Shown here piece after piece: positions 18,201 to 29,389 of a stretch of 64,000 nt of DNA (the first letter of the stretch is position 1; every line of letters begins with the position of its first letter). Source of the DNA: Oligoflexia bacterium. Its GTDB lineage: Bacteria; Bdellovibrionota; Bdellovibrionia; JABDDW01. Location of the stretch: assembly GCA_043732305.1 (NCBI GenBank), contig JAYTHU010000102.1:32001-96000 (forward strand), read 5' to 3'. The notes beneath the pieces are model-generated. The model searched no databases. It was given only the letters and a program-made list of their open reading frames with translations, and was not told the origin of the DNA. A program made the position numbers and the translations under genes.

Positions 18201-19432
18201 GGAGCAAAGTCAATGACATGATTTGATTTAAGCGCATCCACCAAAGTGTCGTAGCGCGAACTTCCAGTCAATATCGTCCAAAATCTTCCATAGGCTTCAC
18301 TGTAACCATCTTGTGCTAGCTGTTCGATTGTGTCGAAATTAGCAATGAGTTCAGGAGGCACCTGGCAAAGGTCCGGCGTGGCCACCAAAAGTAGAGGCGC
18401 TGTTTGCAAAAGAAATTCATCATTTTGCGTACGAGTTTTCCCGATGGTCTCGCCTACCATAAAATTTAATAAATTATCTGCCTTGCGAGAATAGCTCACA
18501 TCTTTGCGATGAATCGCTTTCGAGTTAGTAGCGTTTTTAGGAAAACACTCGAGAGGTTGATCCGCTGCACGCACGGTAATTTGCGCGCGCCTAAATAGTT
18601 GAAAATTCCCATCCGGCCTCGACACAAAATATTTCAGAACATCGTTGAAGCCGGTACGATCAGCACTGACCGTATTTTTCATTGTCAGCAAAAGTTTTGG
18701 TTCACCCAGGTGAGTGAAGAGATTGTGGACACTGCCATCGGTCAGCATCGAATTTAATCCCAAAGATAAATTGTCGCTGACTTGTGAAGCATCAAGAGTA
18801 CCGACAGAATTTGCCAGCAAAAGAGCCATGGCCTGCGCTCGAGGCTGATTAAAAAGTGATAACGCGTCGAGTGCTCGAGTTTGAAGACCTGAATCAATCA
18901 AGTTCACAATGTATTGACTGAGTTGAGCTATGTCCGGATCCGGATTCGCCGAACTGTTTTGCGCAAGGGCGACGATGGAAGCTTTGGCAACATGAGTGAT
19001 AAGCCCGGTGCGTGCAAGCACTTCAAAGTTGCGATAAAGCGCTTTGAGATAGCCCTGGTTCTCCATGAGCTTGAGCAAATCCAAAAGTTGCACTTGCCGG
19101 GTGCTTCCCCAAGCGAGATGCAAATTTAGCGCTTGAAACAATTGGTTGAGATCCGCTTCATTGGCAGAGTCCAAAAAGTCTTTCACGGGCTGCATAGCTT
19201 TGCTCGACCCATTGAGACAATTCACCAAAGATTTCACGTTGGTGGCCGTAAAAGTTTGAAAACTTAAAGAGGCAGCTTTACAGCCTTTGATATTTAGAAG
19301 CGCAGGAGATGGGTTATCCACATTGGGCGCACTACTTTGCGGAGTGCAGGCCAGCGTGAATATCGCCGTAGCCGCAAGAAGGGTGATTAGTAATTTAGAC
19401 TTGATGATTTTTATGATCCCCATAACAAGCAT
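15272..19432 (-). CDS. Giant alpha-helical lipoprotein (~1385 aa), function unknown
   Basis: Likely start 19432 or 19423; lipobox FTLAC; Leu-rich helical body with duplicated Cx~19CLN module. Confidence 0.7.
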   Translation of the reverse strand: MLVMGIIKIIKSKLLITLLAATAIFTLACTPQSSAPNVDNPSPALLNIKGCKAASLSFQTFTATNVKSLVNCLNGSSKAMQPVKDFLDSANEADLNQLFQALNLHLAWGSTRQVQLLDLLKLMENQGYLKALYRNFEVLARTGLITHVAKASIVALAQNSSANPDPDIAQLSQYIVNLIDSGLQTRALDALSLFNQPRAQAMALLLANSVGTLDASQVSDNLSLGLNSMLTDGSVHNLFTHLGEPKLLLTMKNTVSADRTGFNDVLKYFVSRPDGNFQLFRRAQITVRAADQPLECFPKNATNSKAIHRKDVSYSRKADNLLNFMVGETIGKTRTQNDEFLLQTAPLLLVATPDLCQVPPELIANFDTIEQLAQDGYSEAYGRFWTILTGSSRYDTLVDALKSNHVIDFAPTLGEMANRAALRVFWDFAGDDLTEAEAQTFSEILSRLVVENISGPALDAWINLHFSGSTNKISKSTHDNLLAVADKLPSASKNLAALLMSVNIDSGIDAAHDQMAAALWNRVADQKFKSSPELALRHVAGRVLAGDDFQKNQIHGIAQSLVNVWGDSQGGLGETVKILSDVNQLSQQSPFSDFVRDMLADNSYVSSSSPALVRLLQNSNFDGAISYLGVLAKSGDLEKLTSFLVDLLRQGVKPQGNLLQARTDKPFKTNFESSMQEGRELSSLYISSQNRQVVKGNYGPCLNLKGDLFEPTGNVFSQAVQCLNANGADPELNNVTQVLSSAKVLPLAVQLMSRLIKDSPALPGTLDQLESLLRSGQLHTLLNLYSLMGTSTYHVFDNLDSLATSIFLHPKADNALKILGWLSSQSNISQNLSTTVDLISNTPKPVFQSQNTFRLTVANPDSVKAQIAVFFPKASVKDLQNIFEYARENFETHNDFWLYQEGNYPKYNKDQFKATIILMMTNILRTTDLEEFLSALQDIGRDGSAVDFVKNLSQWQIVTLSNGGDGSTHAHIQTGLDALESLVLNGDFGYATVGNIGTTFQLAVEKSTDFVQTMNEQFKKLQLGYSVSNIPLLGNSEKNKHFENMILNFPALNLIAANKEMRVLQRQYQALYRSTPDADKENQDPTVNHMGLINLFNKLGFFENLSMGYQAALAQGQAYSISQTFAGFALKIRPQDVINLRLVIGNLLSQYNSMGSASPLDQGLELYWDLSANHPDNYAKFKTHLFHVMLAEDGVVDTFSTVLKALSTVSNDTHTMTKLLNVVFSDLQNDSSLLYTVCANLIALDPNTFNVFHQLIGQLLNRSDFGDTLVLAGDVYEKNPLSMDALFASLTAYSQDPRVKALDPQTVLKAVLQNISTTSAGQGVWASGAFLLSDPTSRQNLETLGVTLGQGKQLSIFNSFLMRKSQSGDLENSLRFLFDHFKKAGK

Positions 19433-19536
19433 GGGTATAGGTGGAAAAGGAGCAAATTCAAAGTAAAAACCCATCCTAGTGTAATTTTTGGCTGATCTTC
19501 TTGCATTTTGTCCCGCCAAAAGGGAAAACTAAAAGC

Positions 19537-20400
19537 ATGGCATCAAAAGTAAAAAACATCTGCATTGTCTATAGACCTCAATCAGAAAAAGCTCGCACCG
19601 TGGCGACCGGCGTGGCCGAGTGGCTTAATCAGAGAAAAATAAATATTTATCTCGACCCCACTTGCAAACCGATCCCTCACGCAAAAAAAGCACTGACTAC
19701 AAAAGTGAAGAATCTAGATTTAGTTTTAGCTCTCGGCGGTGACGGAACTTTTTTAGCAGCAGTGCGTTGGCTCAATTGCAGAGTGGTCCCCATATTGGGT
19801 GTAAATATGGGAAGTTTAGGTTTTTTAACCGAAACAAAAGAGAGTGAAATTTTTGATGTTCTGGAACTTGCACTTGCCGGAAAAATGCCAAGATCTAAAC
19901 GAGCCACTTTGTGCACAACGGTGACAAAGAAAAACGCTGCCGCCAAACATTATATTTCACTAAATGACATCGTCTTAGAGCGTGGCTCCCGGTCAAAATT
20001 AATCGACATGGCCATTTACTCAAATAATTTTTTTGTGAGCACGGTGAAAGCAGACGGATTGATTGTCGCTACACCAACGGGCTCCACGGCATATTGTCTC
20101 GCCGCTGGAGGTCCCATTGTGCATCCATCGGTTGCGGCAATCACTATCACTCCAGTTTGCCCGCACACCCTCACTAATCGTCCAATTATTTTACCAGACA
20201 ACCAAAAAGTGAAACTCAAACTGAATGAAGTTTCAGGGCGTGCCGCACTTTTGGTCGACGGGCAAAAAGTAGAAGATTTAACTTATGAAGATGATGTGGT
20301 CGTCACGCGTGGAAAATCTGACGTGTTGATGCTCACACTCCCAACGCGCAACTATTACGACATCCTCCGATCAAAACTGCGCTTTGGCGAAAGAGAGTAA
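19537..20400 (+). CDS. nadK: NAD(+) kinase
   Basis: LGGDGTFL, GVNMGSLGFL, LND, ADGLIVATPTGSTAY. Confidence 0.95.
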   Translation: MASKVKNICIVYRPQSEKARTVATGVAEWLNQRKINIYLDPTCKPIPHAKKALTTKVKNLDLVLALGGDGTFLAAVRWLNCRVVPILGVNMGSLGFLTETKESEIFDVLELALAGKMPRSKRATLCTTVTKKNAAAKHYISLNDIVLERGSRSKLIDMAIYSNNFFVSTVKADGLIVATPTGSTAYCLAAGGPIVHPSVAAITITPVCPHTLTNRPIILPDNQKVKLKLNEVSGRAALLVDGQKVEDLTYEDDVVVTRGKSDVLMLTLPTRNYYDILRSKLRFGERE

Positions 20401-20421
20401 ATATTTTTAGGAGGGCATTTT

Positions 20422-22152
20422 ATGCTTCTTGAACTCAAGGTCAGTCACTTTGCCATTATCGATAAACTCTCCGTACATTTTTTACGGCCTGGTTTAAATA
20501 TTCTCACAGGAGAAACCGGCGCGGGGAAAAGCGTTCTGCTGAGATCGTTGTCTTTGCTCATGGGTGGAAAAGCCGCCACGGATGTGATTCGCACCGGGAG
20601 CGAGCAAGCAGAGATTGAAGGAGCGTTTGACGTCTCAGCCCGACCCGATGTTAAAAAAGTTTTGAATGAATTCGATCTTAAGCCTGACGAAGAAATTCTC
20701 ATTGTCCGTCGAATCATCAATAAGAATGGCAAGCATCGGGTTTACATCAATGGACACCTTTCTACTTTAGGAATTCTTGAACAACTTGTGCCTTTGTTGG
20801 TTGAGATCACCGGTCAACACGAACATCACTCACTTATAAAACCATTGGCACAACTTGATCTTCTAGATAATTTTGGCGGAACACTTTTGCTGCGTGAGAA
20901 ATACTTTGATAAACGAGAGGCTAAGAAAACTCTCGAGCGCCAATTAGCGGAGCTTAAAATTTCGGTTCAAGGGCGCGAGCAAAGAATGGATTTTCTGAAG
21001 TTCCAAATTTCCGAAATCGCTGCCTTTGATCCTCAAGAAGGAGACGAAGAAAGATTGGCGACGGCTTATCAACGCGCCAAACATTCAGCCAAGCTTTTAC
21101 AATTCGCACAAAACGCAGAGAACTTTATTTTCGGCGATGAAGATGGAATGCAAGCTCGCCTATCGTTGATTCTAAAAGAGGGTGAAAACCTCCTCGCTAT
21201 CGACTCTTCACTTTTGCCGATGCTCGAAAATCTCAAAAGTATATTTTCGATCTCCGAGGATATTTCCTATTCCCTCAGCGACTATCGCAAAAAGAATTCC
21301 AGCGGAAATTCAGGGGGAGGAAATAACGGAGAAACAGGCGAATCATCAGATTCGCTAGATTCAATCGCTGAGAGACTGAGCGATTTCAAAAAACTCCAAA
21401 GAAAATACGGAATCAATATTTCAAGCATTATCGAATTCCGCGATAAAGCACAAAGTGAATTTGATCTTTTGGAATCAAGCGAAGAAAACATTGCCCTTCT
21501 CGATGGAGAAATTCAGCAATTAAACTCAGAGCTTTGGACAATGGCTGAAAACTTAAGCAAACTAAGAAAAAAGGCTTCCACCAAAATGGTGTTGGGCGTG
21601 AACAAGGAACTTAAAGAGCTCAATATGAAGGGCGCCGAACTTTCGGTAGACATTGCAAAAGCAGAGCAGTTGCAAGCCACCGGATGTGATGACGTTACCT
21701 TCATGATTAAAGCTGCTCCTCTTGAGCCTGCGCGCGCGTTGAGCCGAGTGGCATCCGGCGGGGAGCTTTCCCGCATCATGCTTGCCCTAAAACAAGTTGT
21801 TGCTATGAGTGATTTGCCTATGACTTATTTGTTTGACGAAGTAGACACCGGCGTGAGTGGACCCACCGCTGAAAAAGTGGGACGGAAACTAAAATCTATT
21901 GCCGGCGCTCATCAAGTCATCAGCATCACTCACCTTCCACAAGTGGCGAGCTTTGCCGACGCCCATTTCCTGATCAGTAAAGAAGTGCAAAAAGGATTTG
22001 TCAAAAGCGATGTTCAAGAACTCTCCACAAAAGAACGAATTCAAGAGCTGGGACGCCTCATCAGCGGAGCGAAAATAACCGCTACAAGTTTAGCCCATGC
22101 TAAACAAATGTTAGAATCCTGTAGACTCGATAAAAAAATAATATCAAGATAA
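20422..22152 (+). CDS. recN: DNA repair protein RecN
   Basis: GETGAGKS, GQHEH, ASGGELSR, LFDEVDTG, ITHLPQVA. Confidence 0.95.
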   Translation: MLLELKVSHFAIIDKLSVHFLRPGLNILTGETGAGKSVLLRSLSLLMGGKAATDVIRTGSEQAEIEGAFDVSARPDVKKVLNEFDLKPDEEILIVRRIINKNGKHRVYINGHLSTLGILEQLVPLLVEITGQHEHHSLIKPLAQLDLLDNFGGTLLLREKYFDKREAKKTLERQLAELKISVQGREQRMDFLKFQISEIAAFDPQEGDEERLATAYQRAKHSAKLLQFAQNAENFIFGDEDGMQARLSLILKEGENLLAIDSSLLPMLENLKSIFSISEDISYSLSDYRKKNSSGNSGGGNNGETGESSDSLDSIAERLSDFKKLQRKYGINISSIIEFRDKAQSEFDLLESSEENIALLDGEIQQLNSELWTMAENLSKLRKKASTKMVLGVNKELKELNMKGAELSVDIAKAEQLQATGCDDVTFMIKAAPLEPARALSRVASGGELSRIMLALKQVVAMSDLPMTYLFDEVDTGVSGPTAEKVGRKLKSIAGAHQVISITHLPQVASFADAHFLISKEVQKGFVKSDVQELSTKERIQELGRLISGAKITATSLAHAKQMLESCRLDKKIISR

Positions 22153-22184
22153 AGTAAATTTTTATTAATCATTAGGGGGTTACA

Positions 22185-22691
22185 ATGAAAATGCTTTTGA
22201 TTGGTCTGCTTGCGATGTCGTGTTTGATGCTCGGAAATTCTGCTTTTGCTAATAACAGCTCTGAAAATCCACAACTTATAGCCGCCTGTAAAAATCCAGC
22301 CATGCAAACCGGTTTTGGAATTTATGATGTCGTCACTTTAATCATTGAAAATCCGGATAAAACTTTCGTCAACGGTATTTTACTTATGACCGGTGAAGAA
22401 AATAAGAAGGATTTCTATCAGGCTTCTCAATCTGTACAAGGCAATGACGTCGTGACATTTTCACCTCAAGGGCCACTGGTTCAGTTTGATGGGACAAATT
22501 CTACCGAAATTGCGACGGCGCAACTTTCGATAAGCTTAGGAATCAATCAGGACCGGAAACTTCAAGCTCAAGTCAAACTTAATTTACCCGGTCAAGCCAA
22601 GGCACTCGATTTCATCACAACCCAATGTGAGATGATTCCTGCAAAATCACCTACCCAATCTCCAGAGCCAAGTTTAGATCCCGGCGCCTGA
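22185..22691 (+). CDS. Secreted hypothetical protein
   Basis: AGGGGG RBS; signal peptide ending SAFA; two Cys in the mature part. Confidence 0.65.
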   Translation: MKMLLIGLLAMSCLMLGNSAFANNSSENPQLIAACKNPAMQTGFGIYDVVTLIIENPDKTFVNGILLMTGEENKKDFYQASQSVQGNDVVTFSPQGPLVQFDGTNSTEIATAQLSISLGINQDRKLQAQVKLNLPGQAKALDFITTQCEMIPAKSPTQSPEPSLDPGA

Positions 22692-22753
22692 AAAAATTTG
22701 GTAGATCGTCAGCAGGACCACCAGGTCCATTAAGCCGCCCTCGCGTGCATATT

Positions 22754-22795
22754 TCTCGCTAAATATAGAATGTTACATATTCATATTTAGCGAGA
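22754..22795. other. Perfect 13-bp inverted repeat (operator or hairpin)
   Basis: TCTCGCTAAATAT (22754-22766) / ATATTTAGCGAGA (22783-22795) with a partly self-complementary loop. Confidence 0.6.
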
Positions 22796-22799
22796 TCTT

Positions 22800-23480
22800 T
22801 TGCCAAATCGATCATTCATTCTCATTTCCGTATTTTTAGTAGCGTCGAGTTTTGCAGCGAGCAATGGAGGGGCGGAAGAAAAGCCCCAACGATAGTATTG
22901 CGGCTCCAATTCAAACTTCTCTTAAAGTGAAACGAAACGATAAACTTTGGAATCACTCTCGACCTCTTAAAGACTACGGAATTGCAGATGGGCTCTATTT
23001 AGAATTTGCAGATTTTCACAAAATCAGATTAAAAAATATTTCTTGATGAAATCACCGATGATATAATCACCTACTCCAGCGCTATTCGAAATCATCAAGC
23101 TTTGGATGAATCTCCCTGCGTTGAGAGCGGCTTTGTGATCACGGCCCCGTTATTTTTTTGAAAAATAAAAGAAAACATTCATCTTGGGAAAATCGAATGT
23201 CAGAATCGACTTCAAGAAATCGGCCATCAGAATTTTATCTTACTTGAAGACAATTAATGAAAACCCTCCTCTTAGCGCTTATTCTCATTTCAATTTTCGC
23301 AACTCAAGCTATGGCGTCTCATCAGCTTGATGGAATTCTTTGGAACTCAGTCAATCCCTTTTCTAATTGAAGTGGGAGAGATAAAACACGAAAAAGATAT
23401 CCGGAGATTTACTATCTGTACTTCCCTTAAAATAAACGAGCAAAAAGGCTCAGTACAAAGACCAACTATTTCCGAATAGA
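22800..23480 (+). pseudogene. Remnants of one or two decayed secreted-protein genes
   Basis: Two signal-peptide-like starts (LPNRSFILISVFLVASSFA near 22800; MKTLLLALILISIFATQAMA at 23257-23370), each followed by early stops and frame changes. Confidence 0.45.
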
Positions 23481-24355
23481 ATTCACTTTCCCAAACAACT
23501 ATGCCTTTTCTTTGACTCTCTCACCGGTAACATTATCGCGCATTGCTTTTAGCAAGTCGCTCTTTCTCTGATGTACGAGTGCAACTTCAAAAAATAAATT
23601 AGAGCTTTTGGACTTCGGCGCTTTTCGCGCTAGCATTGATTTCTAGGTAACAAGGACTCTCATACCAAGATCCGAGATTGATCAAACGCCCGGATGAGCT
23701 GATTTTGCCAGATTTTTCAGTTTCAAATTTAAAATCATCCATCACGTGAGTGTGTCCAACCAGACAAAGATCAAAATCATGTGTCAGGCGAAGTTTTTGG
23801 GCATAGTCTCGAACGGTTTGTTTAGAATTGTTTACGATTTGCGCTGTGTAAGCTCTGCTTGCTTTTGATGCGCGATTCCCAATAAAAGCAGAAATCTTAG
23901 AAGGCAGACTATAAATTAAAAGTTCAATGGGCCTTGAGCGCAAGACCCAACGCAGAAACAAATAGTCTCGGTCTTCCCGATTGATTTCGTCGCCATGTTC
24001 GGCCCAAATTTTCATTCCGCCAAATTCAATCATTTGCGGGGAAGTGTAGACTTCGACTCCCAATTCTTTTTCCCAGAATTTCTTTAAGTGCAAATCGTGG
24101 TTGCCCTCAAAAAAGATGACTCGACAGGTTTTAGTGAGAATTTTGATCTCTTCAATCAAAGGGGCATATTCTCTTTTAAAATAATCCCCTTGGCCGAGCC
24201 AAAGATCAAAGAGGTCACCTAAAATGATAAACATCTGAACATCTGATTGTGCTTTTTGGATCAAATGTAAAATGGCCGCTCCGTTTGGAGTGGCCATTTT
24301 TTTGAGATGCACATCGGATATAACAAAGGCTTTTTCAGGAGCGTTAAGCTGCCCC

Positions 24356-25990
<1,635 letters not shown>

Positions 25991-26011
25991 CTTATGCCTC
26001 CCCCTCGGTGT

Positions 26012-27265
26012 TTAAAATAACGATGACAAATCTTCCCTAATTTTTCCAAAAAAAGTCTTCTCTACCTTAACGCCACTCTCGGCGCCGTACTTCACCAGTC
26101 CCATAGCCGTTGCAAAAACGGGACTGTTCACTACTTCTTTCAGGCCAGAGGTGTTCAGTGCGAATCCCCTTCGCACTGGCATCTCAAAGATAAATTCGCC
26201 GAGCTCGGCAAGTCCCTCGAGGCAACTTCCCCCACCGGTGAGAACAACCCCTGCTCCCAATAACTCACGGTGTCCGCTCTTGATGATTTCATTTTGTATT
26301 AAATAAAGTGTTTCTTCTGCACGAGGCTCAATCACTTCTGCGAGAGTCACACGCGAGACAGTCCTGGCTGCTCTTCCGCCAACGCTTGGAACGTCAATGA
26401 GTTCACTTCCCGAAACTAAACTGGTCATGGCACTGCCATATTTTTTCTTAATTTCCTCAGCCTGCATTGCGGGAGTTCGCAATCCTATAGAAATGTCTTG
26501 TGTGAGATGTGATCCGCCGACGGGAACAACCGCCGTGTGTCTGACCGCACCGTTGATGTACATGATAATGTCACACTGACTTGCGCCCAAATCTACAACC
26601 GCTACGCCAAGATCTTTTTCATCTTGAGAGAGAACCGCTTCTGCGGCAGCCCAAGGATCAAGAGCACGGCCTGAAATTTTTAATCCAGCACGTTCAACGC
26701 ATTTTTTTAGATTGAGTAAATTCATGGCTTGGCCGGTGACCAAGTGAACACCAACTTCAAGACGCACGCCGGACATTCCCATGGGGTCTCTGATGCCGGC
26801 TTGGGAATCGACAATGAAATTTTGCGGAAGCACATGTAGAAGTTCGCGATCATCTTTGATTGCGACAGCTTTAGCCGCTTCAAGAACTCTAGCGATATCT
26901 CCACTATTAATTTCGCGATTTTTAATGGCTACCATTCCGGTGCTATTGAAAGATTCGATATGTGTGCCAGAAATTCCGGCGATGACTTCAGTGATTTTAA
27001 TTCCAGCCATAAGCTCAGCTTCTTCGCGTGCTTTTTGAATGGCCTCAACAGTGGAATCAATATTTACAACTGAGCCTTTTTTGACTCCATTTGAAGCGAC
27101 AGAAGAAAGACCAATAATTTCGAATGAATTTCCGCGAGCGTTCTCGTGGTATCGGGCGATGACCAAACAGACTTTACTGGAGCCTATGTCCAGACCTGCA
27201 ATGATAGATGGTAATCTTGTTTTAGCAGACGATATCGTATTGCTCTGCAATTTTTGTTGGCTCAT
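26012..27265 (-). CDS. ftsA: Cell division protein FtsA
   Basis: GLDIGSSK, PMGMSGVRLE, VVLTGGG; position between ftsQ and ftsZ. Confidence 0.96.
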   Translation of the reverse strand: MSQQKLQSNTISSAKTRLPSIIAGLDIGSSKVCLVIARYHENARGNSFEIIGLSSVASNGVKKGSVVNIDSTVEAIQKAREEAELMAGIKITEVIAGISGTHIESFNSTGMVAIKNREINSGDIARVLEAAKAVAIKDDRELLHVLPQNFIVDSQAGIRDPMGMSGVRLEVGVHLVTGQAMNLLNLKKCVERAGLKISGRALDPWAAAEAVLSQDEKDLGVAVVDLGASQCDIIMYINGAVRHTAVVPVGGSHLTQDISIGLRTPAMQAEEIKKKYGSAMTSLVSGSELIDVPSVGGRAARTVSRVTLAEVIEPRAEETLYLIQNEIIKSGHRELLGAGVVLTGGGSCLEGLAELGEFIFEMPVRRGFALNTSGLKEVVNSPVFATAMGLVKYGAESGVKVEKTFFGKIREDLSSLF

Positions 27266-27360
27266 CAGCGCTGACTCCGTCCAGGGCTGCGACTTTTTTT
27301 TGCAAAAAAGTCAGTTGTATCTCTAGAATAGCGTGCCTTGGGCGCGCCACTAGCAACAGG

Positions 27361-28095
27361 CTATCGATCCTTGTGGACTTTGACAAGGACTTTTTTGGCG
27401 TAATCCGCATCAACGTGCGTTGCATTGATTTGATGAAGATCTAAATACTGAACGACCTTCCGCGCGCGATCCAAATGCAGAGGAATATTTTCTTTTCCTA
27501 AATCGACAACAATTCCAGTTTTTGACATCACTATCTGAAAACCTTTTTCACTATTGAACTGAATTTCACTCACGTCATCACGGCTCATCGGCCCTTTTTC
27601 AGGAAGCACATGGAGAACCTCTGTAATGGCTTGGGATCGCAATTCTTTATTTTCTAAAATGTTTTTTCCCGAAATCAAAACGTGAGACGAAATATCTTTC
27701 ACCTCTGCTGGACCAAAAATATTTCCTTCTTGATCCACGAATTCCAAATTGCCGGAACCCGCCCCTATCAAGGCGTCGGGTGTTCTTTCAGAAACTTCAA
27801 TTTTTATTTCATCCGGAAAAACTTTCTTCACCTGAACTGATTCAACCCAAGGATCTTTTTCAATTTTCAGAGCGACACTATCCGTTTGAATTTTCCAGAA
27901 CGTGGAGGATTTTACCTGCGCACCGATAGCTTCATCAGCAACAGTCTTCCTGATTCTTTTTTCCGTTTGCGGATTGGCCCCCTGTATTTCTATTTTTTTG
28001 ATGCGCGTGAGATCCGATTTAAACAATGCTTGATACAGCCCCATCACCAGAAGCACCACAAATCCCAAACTGAGACTGATCTTAAAATATCTCAA
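27361..28095 (-). CDS. ftsQ: Cell division protein FtsQ/DivIB
   Basis: N-terminal TM, POTRA-like PWVESVQVKKVFPDEIKIEVSER; synteny. Confidence 0.88.
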   Translation of the reverse strand: MRYFKISLSLGFVVLLVMGLYQALFKSDLTRIKKIEIQGANPQTEKRIRKTVADEAIGAQVKSSTFWKIQTDSVALKIEKDPWVESVQVKKVFPDEIKIEVSERTPDALIGAGSGNLEFVDQEGNIFGPAEVKDISSHVLISGKNILENKELRSQAITEVLHVLPEKGPMSRDDVSEIQFNSEKGFQIVMSKTGIVVDLGKENIPLHLDRARKVVQYLDLHQINATHVDADYAKKVLVKVHKDR

Positions 28096-29054
28096 GCGTA
28101 ATCAAGAGTGGCGCTTTCCACTAAAGTCTCTATGATTTTTTCGAAACTGATTCCCTCTTTGGCTGCAGATTTAGGAAAAAGACTTGTCTCTGTGCAACCG
28201 GGCAAAGTGTTGATTTCCAAAATAAACGGCTTGTCATCAGGGGTAATGCGCATGTCCACCCGTGCATACTGTCTGCACCCTACAGCTTTGAAAGTTTCTA
28301 GAGCAAAATGCTCACAATCTTTTTTTAATTTTTCAGACAGTGGCGCAGGTACGACATATTCCGTTTCACCAGCAGTGTATTTACGTTTGTAATCATAGAA
28401 ATCACCTTTTGGTCTGATCTCAATGATGGGCAGTGCTCGGTCAAGCCAAATAGGAATGGTGACTTCTCGGCCAGGAATATATTTTTCGATAATAATCACA
28501 CGGTCATATTGAGCAGCAACGGTCAAGCCAGCGGTGATTTCAGATTGAAGTTCGACTGGAGAAAGTTTTTCTTTATTCACAATAGTCACGCCAACGGCGG
28601 ACCCTTCTTGGGCAGGCTTTATCACCAAAGGAGCTTCAATTTTAGATTTGAAATTTTCTATTAGAGATTTTTTCTCTGCAGAAGTTTTTCCACGCAAATC
28701 GAGAACCTGAAAGTCAGGGGTAGGAACACCCCAGTGAGTTAAAATCTGCTTTGTCGCGATTTTGTTCATCGCTAGCGAAGACGCTTGAACGCCGCTTCCA
28801 GTATAAGGAATTTTCATGTATTCCAAGATCCCCTGCACCGTTCCGTCTTCACCATATTTTCCATGAAGAGCCAAAAGCGCACAATCGATTTTTGAAGCCC
28901 TGAGCTGCTCCGGTAAATTCGCGCCTGCGTCTATAACTTCAAAAGGATAATCAAGCGTCTTGATCGCCTTTAAAAAAGCGGCACCAGTCTTGAGACTCAC
29001 TTCTCGCTCGCTGCTCATGCCGCCTTGAATAATTCCAACTCTTTTTTTAGCCAT
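28092..29054 (-). CDS. ddl: D-alanine--D-alanine ligase
   Basis: GGMSSEREVSL, LHGKYGEDG, EGSAVG, YDYKRKY, LEINTLPG. Confidence 0.96.
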   Translation of the reverse strand: MAKKRVGIIQGGMSSEREVSLKTGAAFLKAIKTLDYPFEVIDAGANLPEQLRASKIDCALLALHGKYGEDGTVQGILEYMKIPYTGSGVQASSLAMNKIATKQILTHWGVPTPDFQVLDLRGKTSAEKKSLIENFKSKIEAPLVIKPAQEGSAVGVTIVNKEKLSPVELQSEITAGLTVAAQYDRVIIIEKYIPGREVTIPIWLDRALPIIEIRPKGDFYDYKRKYTAGETEYVVPAPLSEKLKKDCEHFALETFKAVGCRQYARVDMRITPDDKPFILEINTLPGCTETSLFPKSAAKEGISFEKIIETLVESATLDYA

Positions 29055-29085
29055 ACAATACCCCTTGTGTTTAATCCACAAGGAT

Positions 29086-29113
29086 ATCGTATTGATTTTC
29101 AGACCCTTTTCAA
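29086..29113 (-). promoter_or_regulatory. Candidate sigma70 promoter for ddl-ftsQAZ
   Basis: TTGAAA-N16-TACGAT on the minus strand. Confidence 0.4.
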
Positions 29114-29389
29114 AGCAAAAAATCAGTGCTGGTGAGGCGAGGGTTCAGCATCCTTGTGAAGGGAATTTGCGCCGACCTCACCGCACAAAACTTTTGAACT
29201 CCATTAAATCTCGTCATTAGCCTTGCTCGAGACAATCAAATTAAACTAGAGGTGATTAAGTACCCTCGTAGGAATGCGCCACGCAACCAACTTATGGCTG
29301 ACAGTTCAGAAGAACAGAAGTTGGCATAGTGGATGCAATAGATTTATATGTGTCTTTCACCCAATTAACGTTCCTGAAAGGAGCATTTT

